A stretch of 64,000 bases of DNA, from assembly GCF_004010195.1 (NCBI RefSeq), contig NC_057718.1:89469062-89533061 (forward strand), read 5' to 3'. A program made the position numbers and the translations under genes. The notes beneath the pieces are model-generated. The model ran no database searches, was not told the DNA's origin, and saw only the letters and a list, made by a program, of their open reading frames with translations. The stretch is from Chiloscyllium plagiosum (lineage: Eukaryota). This document shows positions 1-12,021 of the stretch, in pieces (position 1 is the stretch's first letter; the number at the start of each line of letters is the position of its first letter).

Positions 1-34
1 TCTCTGTCTCTATCTCTCTCTCTCACACGCACAG

Positions 35-65
<31 letters not shown>

Positions 66-416
66 GTCTCTCTGTCTCTATCGCTCTCTCGCACACACAC
101 ACAGTCTCTCTGTCTCAATCTCTCTCTCTCACACACACAGCCTCTCAGTCTCTATATCTCTCTCTCTCACACACACAGTCTCTCTCTCTCTCTTGCACAC
201 ACTCACACACAGTCTCTCTGTCTCTATCCCTCTCTCTCTCACATACACACACACACTCTCTCTGTCTCTATCTCGCTCTCTCTCACACACACATACACAC
301 ACACACACACTCTCTCTGTCTCTGTGTCTCTCTCTCTTACACATACACACACTCTCTCTGTCTCTGTGTCACACACACACACACACAATCTCTCTCTCTC
401 TCTCTCTGTCTCTCTC
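1..416. repeat. Compound (CT)n/(CA)n microsatellite
   Basis: direct inspection. Confidence 0.95.
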
Positions 417-424
417 ATGCTCAC

Positions 425-690
425 CTTGCTAAGTTGTCCCACTCTTTTGTGAACTTGTCCAAAAGCACTTCCACAACGCTCACTCGGTCGTGGTAATCTC
501 TGGCTCTCTGCTGGTCCTCCTCACTCAGAGAGAGAAGGGCATTGATCTGGTGACACAGCTCCAGCCACTGGTTACTCAGCTGCCCGATCTCGGAGTGTTC
601 AGGTGACTCCTGACCCTCTGTCAGAGCACTGACCTTCTCTGTCAGGGCAGTGATGTTTGCCTGCCTGGACTGGAAATGACGACCCAGCTC
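425..690 (-). CDS. SYNE1: SYNE1 exon Y (266 nt) ELGRHFQSRQANIT...KFTKEWDNLA
   Basis: hand-translated; acceptor gtttag|GAG, donor GCAAG|gtgagc. Confidence 0.93.
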
Positions 691-929
691 CTAAACAGAA
701 GAAATAACACCAGTGTCTCTTTCTCCAATGGAATAAAATGCCAGCGACTCATGAACTCCGAACGCGGCTGCTCAGTGTCAACGTGCCCTCATCAGGAAAA
801 GCTCATTCAGGTCAAAGGTGGGGGAAACTCATTTCAAACCATCGCTTATTTCCTTGGGACCAGAGCTAGACTTGTTCAGCCCTGTCTCCTTATTGCAAAG
901 TGAGTCCAGATTTTGTGAATTTAATTTGA

Positions 930-1450
930 ATGGAAGGTTATAGTTACAAGAATGGTATTGATCCCAGATAAAGACGATTGTTAGTCAGATCACATCAGGA
1001 GTGTGGCATTCATGTGGGGACCCCCATCGCACAGAGGACCATTCACCTTGGAGGGAGCAGAGTGAAGATTCATCAGAACCTCGTGTCTTCGAGGGTTGAA
1101 TTAGGAGGATTTAAGTCCGGCGTTTAGAAAGCTAAGGGTGATCGAATCGAAGTGTGTAAAATCAATCCGGGCTTCAACAGGTAGGTACTGCAAAACCTAT
1201 TCTCCCCGGTACAGGGGTCCAGAAAAGTTGTGAGGTGTTACCTTAACAATGTGGTCAGACAGAATGGGAATTGTAAAGGGTAGTGGAAATCTTTCCCCCA
1301 CAGTGCTGGGGATCCACGGGCCCCAGCAGTAGTGGTATTGGTAATGTTTTGTTTGCTAATGGTATCAAACGATTATGAAGCGACAGTTGGGAGGTGGGTG
1401 AATGCAGCTGAGGTATAGGTTAGCCATGAAAGAATTGAATATTTAGATCA
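930..1450 (+). mobile_element. Old degenerate CR1-type LINE fragment
   Basis: remnants of CR1 ORF2 3' region (gttagtcagatcacatcaggagtgtg, ctaagggtgatcgaatcgaagtgtgtaaaat). Confidence 0.55.
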
Positions 1451-1571
1451 TCAATATCTCTAATCCAACTGTTCAATCATGTTATAACACACATAAAGGG
1501 TGGGTGAGACTTGAACCCAGACCTTATAGCTCAGAGGTAGAGACATTATCACCGCACCACAGTAGCCTTAA

Positions 1572-1775
1572 CAAAGATGTGCAGGTTAGGTGGATTGGCT
1601 ATGGTATATTGTCCATAGTGTCCAGGGATGTGCAAGTTAGGTGGATTAGCCATGAGCAATGCAGGGTTACAGGGAGAGGGTGGTGGATGGATCTGGGTGG
1701 GATGCTCTTCAGAGGGTTGGTATGAATCCGATGGGCCGAATGGCCTGCTTCCACACTGCAGGGATTCTATGATTC
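1572..1775 (+). mobile_element. 5'-truncated HE1-type V-SINE
   Basis: aaagatgtgcaggttaggtggattgg body, gggattctatgattct tail. Confidence 0.8.
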
Positions 1776-1811
1776 TGTGATTTCCCGATCAGCACAAGCA
1801 CGTTTTCTTAC

Positions 1812-1988
1812 CTGCACCTGGGCCACCTGTTTCTGAGCGATTTTCAGTTCCAGTTCCGCGGGCCTCCTCTTCAGGCTGTGCAGCTGCTGCTCGGTCTCCA
1901 GGAAGCAGGCTCCTAGTTCGGCCTTCTGTCGCTTTACCTCCTCCCAGCCCAGGGCCAGTTCCTGCGACCTGACCAGCCGCTGCTCAAT
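1812..1988 (-). CDS. SYNE1: SYNE1 exon X (177 nt) IEQRLVRSQELALGWEEVK...KQVAQVQ
   Basis: acceptor ttgcag|ATT, donor CAG|gtaaga. Confidence 0.93.
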
Positions 1989-2071
1989 CTGCAACACACA
2001 ACAGTCTGGCTTCACAGAGTGCACAGACACAGATGCAGCCACACGAGGACTGCACCCACACCACGCACTGT

Positions 2072-2101
2072 CACACACACGCACACACACACACGCACAC
2101 A

Positions 2102-2137
<36 letters not shown>
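2072..2137. repeat. (CA)n microsatellite
   Basis: direct inspection. Confidence 0.95.
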
Positions 2138-2138
<1 letters not shown>

Positions 2139-3839
2139 CAGCCAGATGTAACCGTGAGGTGAGGTGCTCTCAGTAGCACACCCTTCTCTCAGGGTCGGGA
2201 GGTCCTGAGTTCAAGACCCCCTTCCTTGGGGTTGACTGCATAATCTGGACATTCTGATGCCAAGCCCTCACTGGGTCAAAACTCTGGAACTCCCTTCTTA
2301 ACTGCACATTGATTGGGCTTATTCCCTGTGCATTGCAATGGTCAAAGAAGGCAGCTTAATACCACTTCCCCCCAGTCAGAGGCAATAAGAAATGGGCATT
2401 ACCCAGACAGCACACAGCATGTGGGATGTTATAATTCCCAGTGACCCAGGGATGGAGGTCCTTGAACAGCACCCTTTCCCTATTGCACCTCTGCAGACCT
2501 GTACCACAAACAGCAACAGGGAGGACGCCCCAAACTATAGGTTAATGACTACGTTCTCACCCCAACAATGGAGAAGGGTCATGTCTACTAGCTCCTTCCA
2601 GTTCTTAGCATACTCCTCAGTTCCTCTGAACCAAATCCCCAGCCCCTTCCGGTAACCTAACCTGAACTGACAGAAAGGAGGATGAAGGATAGTTCAGTAC
2701 CCGAAAGAACGTAGTCTCGCTCTGATCTCAATCTACCTCGGCTTCCAAGGCCAGCTGGAACTGGGGATAGTTGCTATACAGTCTGCACAATGACAGCCAA
2801 TCTGAGCAGTAAATGGTGACGTTACCCACGTACAGGAAAGCTTTGACCTGACTGTCTCCATTATTTAGGATCTACGCTGCATCCTTGTGAACGGACTCGG
2901 CAAAAAGTTCTACGTAACACAGGAACCGGACAAGACAGAGATGGCAGCCTTGCCAGACTCTGGAATGGAGTGAAAGGGTGGTCACTCAGCGCTCTTCTGG
3001 TGTTGGTGGAGAGCGCTTGCGGATTGAGCGAAAGTGAGGACTGCAGAAGCTGGAGATTAGAGTCGTGAGTGTGTTGCTGGAAAAGCACAGCAGGTCACTG
3101 GATAATTTTCTTCTGATCCTTTCTTCCTCATGTGTTTCTCAGAATACTATTATGCCTCTTGCTCCCAGCAGTCCATCTGCTAGTGAGTTCTACATTATAA
3201 TCATTCCCATCATTATCAGGTAGCATTTTAGACAATGTCTGGGCTGCACTATTCTAAGATAGACATCTGACCAAGCTCTTAAGGTGTTCTAAAATAAATG
3301 CTCATTTGTGTAACACGAGCTGCACAATTTCAAACACACCCAGAGGTCAGACCTCCTTCTTGATCATGACGTCAGCCCGACACAACTTTCTGTGTCCATT
3401 CTCAGGAGTTAATCTTTTCTTTCCTTCCACAAAGGCTTTCTCTTTCAGTCCTGTTCAGATTGATCAGTAACTATCTCACAATCGTGGCTGCAGGGTTTCG
3501 ACTCCTGCTCATTAGTCATCCTGAAGGAGTCTGAACAGTGTGGCGCTCCGTGTATATTTATATCTGCCTGCAGCAAGGCCAGCATTCTCTACCCTTCCAC
3601 ATTCTGACAAGACCTGTAAAGTTTTATACAACTCAACGATAAATGAAGCCCCCTTTAAGTGCTGTTCTGCGCAATATAACCTCACCCATGGCTAATCAAA
3701 GGTGAGACTGAGGGAAATAACTGGACAGAGAGTGGTATCCCGTCACCAAGTCACCCTTTATTTACTTATGCACAGTACACTGGCTGTGGCCAGCCAGCTC
3801 AGAGTCAGTTGCCTGAACTGAGGGGATTCTAGACATATA

Positions 3840-3981
3840 CAGAGGAACCTTGATTCTCCAAATTTTGGATTATTCGAATGAGATTGCAAGGTCCCGATTA
3901 CATCACCCAGCATCAATATTCGGCATTCAATTAACCGAATGAATACTCTCCGCCTGTGCCCTTCAGATAATCAAGGTTCCT
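3840..3981. mobile_element. Tigger/pogo-type MITE; right end split by SINE, resumes at ctctgta 4293-4299
   Basis: TA-cagaggaaccttgatt...aatcaaggttcct termini; same family as 45805-45978. Confidence 0.65.
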
Positions 3982-3990
3982 TAAGAGCTT

Positions 3991-4288
3991 TTAGATTAGA
4001 TTCCCTACAGTGTGGAAACAGGCCTTTTGTCCCAACAAGTCCCCACTGACCCTCCGAAGAGTAACCCACCCAGACCCATTTCCCTCTGAATGATGCACCT
4101 AACACTACGGGCAATTTAGTATGGCCAATTCACCTGACCCTGCACATCTTTGGACTGTGGGAGGAAACTGGAGCACCCGGAGGAAACCCACACAGACACG
4201 GGGAGAATGTGCAAACTCCACACAGACAGTCACCCGAGGCTGGAATCGAACCCAGCTGTGAGGTGACCACTGAGCCGCCGTGCCACCC
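3991..4288 (-). mobile_element. HE1-type tRNA-derived V-SINE
   Basis: gggtggcacggcggctcagtgg head, (tagat)n tail. Confidence 0.9.
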
Positions 4289-4843
4289 AAATCTCTGTAT
4301 TTATTTTTTTACGCACAAAAACAAAAAAAAAAGGAGGGCAATGTTTCTACTCAGGAGAACTTTTCCCCACAGTACACTGGCTGTGGCCAGCGAGCTGCCT
4401 GAACTGAGGGGATTCAAAACCCATTTATATTTTTTTTCTTTTTTAGGGGAGGGTAGGGACTAAATCAAAATAGAGTTGGAGGGGGAAAAAAACACATTTA
4501 TATAAGTCAGCCAGGGCTTCCCTGATTGGGCCAGGTTAACAACCCCAATCAAAGAATTCACAATCAACAAGGTTCCAATCAGCAAGAAATTAATTTAGTT
4601 TTTAAGTATAAAGGATATGACAGATGATACAGACAATATTCAAGACTTGAACTGTCAATTACTGTATGTTACGGGTGTGAAAACGCAAAGTTTTTTTACG
4701 TAAATGAGAAAAGTTGATAACGTACAAGCCTCTTTACACACTTTGCAAAGAAGAGTTGTGGGTTCTTAGTAAGTTGGCAATGGGAAAGTACGTCTAGAAG
4801 CTTGGTGGTTTGGGAGCTGAAGAGGGCCAAATGTAGAGCTTAC

Positions 4844-4969
4844 CGCTTGTTTGGTGTGTTGGATATCTGCAGCTGCTATCTTCACAGTGTCATCAGACAG
4901 GTCACACATCGAGCAAAGCAGTTCCAGGTAAGTACTGGCCTGCTCCTGTAGAGCCCGATAATGTTTCAC
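4844..4969 (-). CDS. SYNE1: SYNE1 exon W (126 nt) VKHYRALQEQASTYLELLCSMCDLS...QHTKQA
   Basis: acceptor ttgcag|GTG, donor GCG|gtaagc. Confidence 0.93.
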
Positions 4970-5184
4970 CTGCAACAAGATGGAGCCTAGCGTTAGTAAC
5001 ACCTCCCAACATTCACACCTGTCCAGGTGCAATGCACCAGCAGTGACCGCAAAGTGAATACATCCAAAAGGAAGGGCTGAGGAAAGATGCCATGTAAACC
5101 AAATCACCGTCTATAAGCAGAAGTGTGAACACATTCATGTTGCACGGAATTACCAGGACAGACAAGAAGTCTGTAAGGACTCTT

Positions 5185-5672
5185 AACAATATTTACAGAT
5201 GCATCATAGAAAGCATTCTATCTGGATGCATCACGGCCTGGTATGACAACAGCTCTGCCCAGGACTGTAAGAAACTAGAGTTCTGAACAAAGCCCAGTCC
5301 GTCACACAACCCAACCTTCCACCCATTGACTCCATCTACACCTTTCACTGCCTCAGGAAGGCAGCCAACATCATCAAACACCCCTCCCACCCCGGTTATA
5401 ATCTCTTCCAACCTCTTCCACCGGGCAAAAGACACAAAAGCTTAAACACAGGTACTGACAGGTTCACAAACAGCTTCTTCCGCGCTGATACAGACCTCCC
5501 AAATTTCAAATTTAACGTTTGTATCTCACTCTTTGTGCACCTTGGATTGTATTTCTTGTTCTGTTCTATTACCCGAATGCACTTTGTGTGGTGTACCTGC
5601 CTTTACCGCAGGCAAAACAAAACCTTTCACTGTGCCTAGGTATATGACAATAATAAATCAAATCAAATCAAA
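5185..5672 (+). mobile_element. Rex1/Babar-like LINE 3' end
   Basis: frame reading YRCIIESILSGCITAWY...HCLRKAANIIKHPSHPG; (aaatc)n tail. Confidence 0.75.
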
Positions 5673-6078
5673 GTTCCAAAGAGATCACAGGAACAAAATG
5701 ACCTGAAGTGCCTTTTGCACAAACCATTAAAGGTGGCAGGGCAGGTTGTGAATGTGATTAAAAAGGTATAAAAGATCTTTATTAATAGAGACAGAGTACT
5801 GAAGCAATGAAGAACCTTTACAAGTTACTGCTCTGGCCTCAGGTCCAAAACTGGACACAGAACTTTCAAATTTGGGGAGAATTCAGAAAAGACTATCAAG
5901 ACGGGGGATAATTGGGAAAAGCTGGCGCTGTTCTCCCGAGAAACGTTTGAGATGAGATTTAACTGAGGCGCTTCAGGTCTCGACTGAGTGGTACTCAGAA
6001 TTAGACCCAATGGTCTGGCTGATTAATAAAGATCTATCCATAACTCCCTCGCTTTTGTCGCCTCTGTCTCCAGTTTTA

Positions 6079-6672
6079 GAGCATGCTCAAGTTCCAGCAG
6101 GTGGGTGTGTGGCTCTCTGACCTCGTGGGCAAAGTCAATCTCCGGACGGGGAGGAAGTCTGACCAAGACAGAAAGCAGACTCAGCTACAGCAGTTACAGG
6201 TGTGTTCAGTGCAAACAGAGATCTCCACACATTGCCCTGTCACACTGCGAACTCCTTCAGCCCATTCCTGTCAGGGTTACATAGTGACTGAAGCTGCTTA
6301 ACTGACTTATCCATCTACTGTGAACATTCACCATTCACAAGAATGTTATCTCTGAAGTTGAAATAGTGTTGAAGACTAGTTTTAGGAACAAGAGTTGGCC
6401 ATTCAGTCCCTCTAATCCATTCCATTGGATTCATCTTGGCTGATCTGTATTGTAATCCCACTGTGGGAGGTTGGCGTCTGGTAGCAATGTCCCTGGACTA
6501 GTAACCCAGAATCTCAGGCCAAAGCCCTGGGGATATAAATTCAAATCTCAAACATGACAGGTGGTGAAGTTTGAATTCAATCAAATACAGGATAAAGAGC
6601 TGACCTAACTGTAGATTGCCATTAAAACCCCACCTACCTCACTAACGTCCTTTAGGGGAGGAAATCTGTCAT
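6079..6672 (+). pseudogene. Inverted partial copy of SYNE1 exon O (3' part) plus downstream intron; source 20988-21614
   Basis: reverse complement of 20988-21614; 6172-6331 identical to 21347-21506; ORF 6083..6301 repeats the C-terminus of ORF 21377..21793. Confidence 0.95.
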
Positions 6673-6834
6673 CCTTACCTGGTCTGACCTACACATGGCT
6701 GCAGACTCATAGCTTCTGTCACTTGGGGTAATTAGGAATGGCCTAGTCTGCACCACCCACATAAGGAAAAAGCCCTAGATACCTCTCTCCCTGCCTCCTG
6801 AGCTGCTGTCAGGATATGGCTTGTGAGTTTGCAT

Positions 6835-7476
6835 GTACCTGTTCCCTCCCTGTGGGGGAACACTTCAGTGGTCCAGGACATTCGACCTCGGACCTTTGGG
6901 TGACCATCCTCCAAGGCGGGCAGTCATTACACACACACATACACTTTCTCACACTCACAACCCCCAACCCAGACAGACACACACACACAGACAAAGACCC
7001 ACATATACACATATATTTTGTGGGATGAATTTGTACTTTCAGAGTTACATTGTACTTTGCTCAAAAACTGCATGAATTTATGTAAAACTCCGTTATCTCA
7101 CTTTTTAGATTAGAATCAATCTAAACGTCATGGCATAGACAGAGAACACAGGGGGCTAACACCTTCAACATATTGGCGAGCTATCACCATTGTGAACAGC
7201 TAACCCGAGAATGCAACTTTTTAAAAAAAGGTTTTGTGATTTACACATGAAAGAAGTGAAACTATCACTGTATTCTAACAGATGAAAGTCTTAACAGACA
7301 ATCAATTTTTCAATGCATAATTTCAGTTACATCACACTGTCAATTTTTGCTATAAATTCTGTGTGTTAGGATTGAACCCTCCACAATCACCTGATGAAGG
7401 AGCGACACTCCGGAAGCTAGTGCTTCCAATTAAACCTGTTGGACTATAACCTGGTGTTGTGTGTTTTTTAACTTTG
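6835..7476 (+). mobile_element. Penelope-like element remnant with degenerate hammerhead (7388-7422)
   Basis: GIY-YIG C-terminal-like peptide SLPVGEHFSGPGHSTSDLWVTILQGG; pLTR ctgatgaaggagc...aaacctgttggactataacctggtg. Confidence 0.75.
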
Positions 7477-7485
7477 CACTGTTAC

Positions 7486-7632
7486 CTGTTTGAGTGATTT
7501 CCGTGGGCTGGTGGGCGGGTGGTCTCGGGGCTTCAGTTCCTGCTGCACAGAATGGAGCCAGGCCTGACATTGCTGCAGGGTGTCCTGGTGACTGACGTGC
7601 TTCTGTAGCTCACGTTCCAGACTCTGGTACAG
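7486..7632 (-). CDS. SYNE1: SYNE1 exon V (147 nt) LYQSLERELQKHVSHQDTLQQCQAWL...PRKSLKQ
   Basis: hand-translated; acceptor ccccag|CTG, donor CAG|gtaaca. Confidence 0.93.
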
Positions 7633-7700
7633 CTGGGGAGGAACGAGTCAGACAGAATCAGCAAAAGGTGCAGGTTCAACCCGCCACTGGTTCCAGCTTT

Positions 7701-8043
7701 CATAGAATCCCGACAGTGGGGGAGCAGGCCATTCAGCCCATCGAGTCCTTCCGAAGAGCATCCCACCCAGACCAACCCCCCAACCCTATCTCTGCGTTTC
7801 CCACAGCTGAGCCACCTAGCCTGCGCATCCCTAGACACTATGGGCAATTTCCCATGGCCAATTCACCTGACCCGCACATCTTTGGACTGTAAGAGGAAAC
7901 CGGAGCACCCAGAGGAAACCCAAGCAGACACGGGGAGAACGCACAAACTCCACACAGTCAGTCGTCCAATGACAGACTCAAACCTGGGTCCCTGGCGCTG
8001 TGAGGCAGCTGTGCTAATCACTGAGCCACCGTGCTACCACCCA
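7701..8043 (-). mobile_element. HE1-type V-SINE
   Basis: conserved V-SINE core ctgtgtggagtttg...gggtttcctc on minus strand. Confidence 0.9.
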
Positions 8044-8714
8044 TTGTATACACCACATCACCTGGCCTTTGCAAAGCAGGATGGGAAAATGTCAAGGATT
8101 TGTCCGACCAAGTCTCTGTGCGGACGCCGGCTCACCATGATGGAGGGGTGGGAAAGCAGTCGGCATTCTCATTGCCAATCGAGCTCGCTCCTTCAGACTG
8201 CATTGGAAGGAGGCAGGGCAGGTGGTGAGGAAACGCCCATCCTCACCCAACACCAGGCAGCAGCGCTGGGAACACACAGGCCCGTGACCAGCCTCACCCG
8301 GGGCAGCAGGCCACGGGGAGGGATTGACCCCAGGGATGGCACAGGTAGGAATTCATTGCTCCTCCGTCTGGGAAACATCGAGCGGCCCGAGATGGGAAAT
8401 CCGCTCCCCGGGTCAAAACGCAAGGGCAGGAGGCTTTGGGGTGGCCTCTTGTATCCCAACAACTCATGAAGCCCGGCGTCCTCATTAGTTTAGTTGGCAG
8501 CTGAAGCCTGGCCCAGAGGGCACTGGGATCTTCGACGTGTCTATGTAAATACTGCAGGTTTCCACAGTTCAACAAAGGAAAGAATACCATTCAGGCAGAC
8601 GTCGGTGTCAAGGAGATAGATGGGGGTTAGAAAGTGCCTGGTTTGCGCCTCTCTGACTCAGAAAGAGACTAGAACCTGCTCAATCCAGCTGTGAGTATGA
8701 TGAACGTTCCTTAC

Positions 8715-8891
8715 TCTCTGAGCTGTGCTACAGATGGCAGAGTAACTGTCCCGGATGCCCTGCAGGTGGCCTTGGACTTGATGCTTAAACTTTCCTTGGA
8801 GTCCCTCTGAGCAGTTGGCAACCAGGCTGTCCCCTTTGCTTCTCAGGCTCGCCAAAGCGTGTTCAAAGCCTGCTATCTCCTCCATGATAGG
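8715..8891 (-). CDS. SYNE1: SYNE1 exon U (177 nt) PIMEEIAGFE...DSYSAICSTAQR
   Basis: acceptor tgacag|CCT, donor AGA|gtaagg. Confidence 0.93.
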
Positions 8892-9325
8892 CTGTCAGGG
8901 CAGAAGAAAATCGGGAGGTCACATTAGGTCACCGTGCAGACATCACGCTCAGTGCAACGCTAGTTGAGAATACGTTTGGGAACATGGGAACGGGGGGAGG
9001 CCACTCAGCCCTCTAGCCCGTATTGCCATTTAGTCAGGTCATGGTGGATCTATGCCTTAATTTCCACCTCACAGTGTTTGTTCCGTCACCCCCGGCTACT
9101 GTTGCAAGCAAATATCTATCAACCACAGTTCTGGAAATTTCCACTGGCCCCCAGCCTTACCACCGTTTTGAGGGTGCAGAATCCAGATTTTCCCTCACCT
9201 TTATGTGAAGGAACATTTCCTGACATCGCTGTTCAGCTGTAGCTCTCACTGAATGGCCATCCATCTCTACCTGAGGAAATAGTTTTCCTCTGTCCACCTG
9301 ATAAACTCCTGTAAGCGTTCCAAAC

Positions 9326-9789
9326 ACCTCAACTGGGATTGGAGGGTTTGGACTATAGGGAGAGGCTGAACAGGCTGGGGCTGTTTGCCCTGGAGCGTCG
9401 GAGGCTGAGGGGTGACCTTATAGAGGTTGATAAAATCATGAGGGGCAGGGGTAGGGTAAATAATCAAGGTATTTTCCCTGGGGTGGGGGAATCCAGAACT
9501 AGACGGCATAGGTTTAGGCTGAGAGGGGAAAGATATAAAAGGGACCTAAGGGGCAACTTTTTCACGCAGAGGATGGTGCGTGTATGGAATGAACTGCCAG
9601 AGGAAGTGGTGGAGGCTGGTACAATTACAATATTCAAAAGGTGTATGGATGGGTATATGAATAGGGAGGGTTTAGCGGGATATGGGCCAAGTGCTGGCAA
9701 ATAGGACTAGATTAGGTTAGGATATCTAGTCAGCATGGACAAGTTGGACCGAAGGGTCTGTTTCCATGCTGTATGTCTCTATGACTCTA
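9326..9789 (+). mobile_element. CR1 (HER1-like) LINE 3' end
   Basis: ORF 9339..9704 RERLNRLGLFALERRRLRGDLIEV...FFTQRMVRVWNELP; ctatgactcta tail. Confidence 0.9.
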
Positions 9790-11022
9790 AACCTGTTGTT
9801 CCTTCAGCCTCTGTACCAGCCAATTCTTTACATCGTTGAATCTCACGATGGGTTCTTTCAGCCCCACCAGCACTCTGGTGAATCTGCATCACATTCACTC
9901 CAAAACCAACACTTGAAGCAAAGTGGAGAGCTCTCTTTGTCTGGAGAATTAGCTCAGGGTTTCTGCAATGGGCCGAACAACCCCACCACCGACTGAAATG
10001 AGAGTCCTGAGGATGCCAATGTTCATAAGGTCAAACGAGGAGGACATGACATTGGCAGGAAGTGCAGGTTGCACTGACACTCACCCGCCCAGACCCCACC
10101 AATGGAGCTCACCTCAGCTCACCTCCATCCATGCAGACCCTTCTTTCCAGGACATTATTTGTGCCATTGGGCCTTCACAGACATACCAGGTTATTCCTGT
10201 ACTAACAGACTGGACAGGCCTGGCTGAAGAGGTATCCCACCCTCCCTGTAAGGGACAATGGGGGGGGGGGGTTCTGTACCTTTAATGAGCTGTGTTAGAG
10301 TATTTCTCCCAGTCTCCCAGCCCTCACTTGATCTAAATTACTTCCCGCGACTGTGGGAGCTCCTGGGCATTGCAAACCTACACAGCTCTTCATCTTTAAC
10401 AGGAAGCTGATAAACCACCATGAAGGATCAGGAGAAACATTCTCAGAGCAAACGGACAGTGAATCAAGGGGGAGCTTCTGAAATACCAATTACATTGACA
10501 GGCTGTGAGTCAAGGTTAAATACTGACAAGGCTTATAATTCCTTCAGAACAGGAGGTTAAGGGGGAATGTAAGTGAGATGTTTAAGGAACAGGTTGGGTG
10601 AACTACAGAGAAACAAACTGGACAGACAGTGGAGGTAGAGATCAGAACTACTTCCACCAGTGGAAGGATCCAGCCAAAGGGGTCTCAGTTAAATTGAGAG
10701 TTATGGCATCCAGGGTTGATATCAGAGTGCACGTCTTCACTCAAAATATTACAACTTCTGGAATTCCCTTCCCCTGCCAAGGGGGTGATTGGAATTTTCC
10801 AGACTGGAGTTTTATGGATGAGGGTATTAAAGGATATGGTATCGAGTTGGATGGGGAAATGGAGTTGAAGTATTGGTCAGCCTTGACCCAGGGGTTTGAC
10901 GACTGGCTTGTGTTCCTATATTCTGTCAGGCGGCCATTGTGAACAGCAGGCCCCCCAGCCTCCATCGCGAGTGTTGCCCGAGAAGGAAAGTAATTTGCTT
11001 GAACCGTAAGCTTGCTGCGTAC

Positions 11023-11190
11023 CTTGTGCCTTGCCAAGTGCTGGGTTGCCATCTCCAGGTTGGTGCTCTGGGTGGTGTCAGGAGCCACCAGCCTAGTGGA
11101 GATCTGTAGCAGCCACTTCTCCACTTCCTGCAGGTTGCTGTTATAATCCTCGTGCTCCCTCACCTTCTCTCCCAGATTCTGGACACACAC
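11023..11190 (-). CDS. SYNE1: SYNE1 exon T (168 nt) VCVQNLGEKVREHEDYNS...QHLARHK
   Basis: acceptor ttccaag|GTG, donor AAG|gtacgc; LQEVEKWLLQ motif. Confidence 0.92.
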
Positions 11191-11561
11191 CTTGGAAAGA
11201 AAGAATAATGAAACATTGGGTTTGTAGGAGCCCCACAAGTCTGTACGGTTTAGTTACATTTATTCTTGGGACATCAGCATTGTGCCATGTCCGTCCATCT
11301 CCTGCTGACCTGAGATGGGGGTAATGCAACAGAGGGCATTGGCAACCACCTCAGAGAACAATAAAGAGTTAACTACATCAATAGGGACTGGAGTCTCACA
11401 TATGCCCAGCCGAATCACCTGTATAGTAATCAAACCATCAGTTCCGTGTGTATCCAGACTGGGAAGTTGCAATGCAGCCCTTTCTCTGGGCTGTTTCCCT
11501 AATACTTGTTTCTCTACCACACCCCAGGACTGCACTTATACCTTATCTTGACCCCTAGATA

Positions 11562-11883
11562 GGGGTGGCACGGTGGCTCAGTGGTTAGCACTGCTACCTC
11601 GCAGCTCTAGGGACCTGGGTTCGATTCCAGCCTCAGGTGACTGTCTGTGTGCAGTCTGCACATTCTCTGCGTGGGTTTCCTCCCACAATCCAAGGATGTG
11701 TAGGTTAGATTAACTGACTATGCCCAATTGCCTATCAGGAATATGTGGGATAGGTGCCTTTGTCAGGGGGAAATGTAGGGTAGGGGGAATGGGTCTGGGT
11801 GGGTTACTCTTCGGAGGGTTGGTGTGGACTTGTTGGGCTGAACGGTCTCTTTCCACATTGTGGGGATTCTAATTCTAATTCTA
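11562..11883 (+). mobile_element. HE1-type V-SINE
   Basis: A-box tggctcagtgg, B-box ggttcgattcc, (attcta)n tail. Confidence 0.9.
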
Positions 11884-12021
11884 CTTTTCCAGACTCAGAA
11901 CCTTACTCTGACCCTTCTGCCCTTAACCTCATCATGGGTTCCTATCCCCTTACCTTGAAGCCCTCATCTTGGCTCCGGGACCCATAGTGAGCACTCACCC
12001 TGACAACCCTCAGGAGCTTAC

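Larger units (their letters stand above)
3700..4570 (-). mobile_element. Probable solo LTR fragment interrupted by a MITE and a SINE
   Basis: minus strand has CCAAT and TATATAA near 4500-4550 and AATAAA near 3760; internal duplication 3771-3830 / 4368-4416. Confidence 0.4.

Noticed and set aside
129..442. ORFs rich in ER/VC/HT/SL repeats (also the N-terminus of 1767..2138 and 50344..50595)
   Set aside because: Translations of CT/CA microsatellites.
7840..8469. 209-aa plus-strand ORF
   Set aside because: Starts in an antisense HE1 SINE; the rest is GC-rich intron with no recognisable domain.
11562..11640. tRNA-like A/B boxes here and at other SINE heads
   Set aside because: tRNA-derived SINE heads followed by V-SINE bodies; not tRNA genes.
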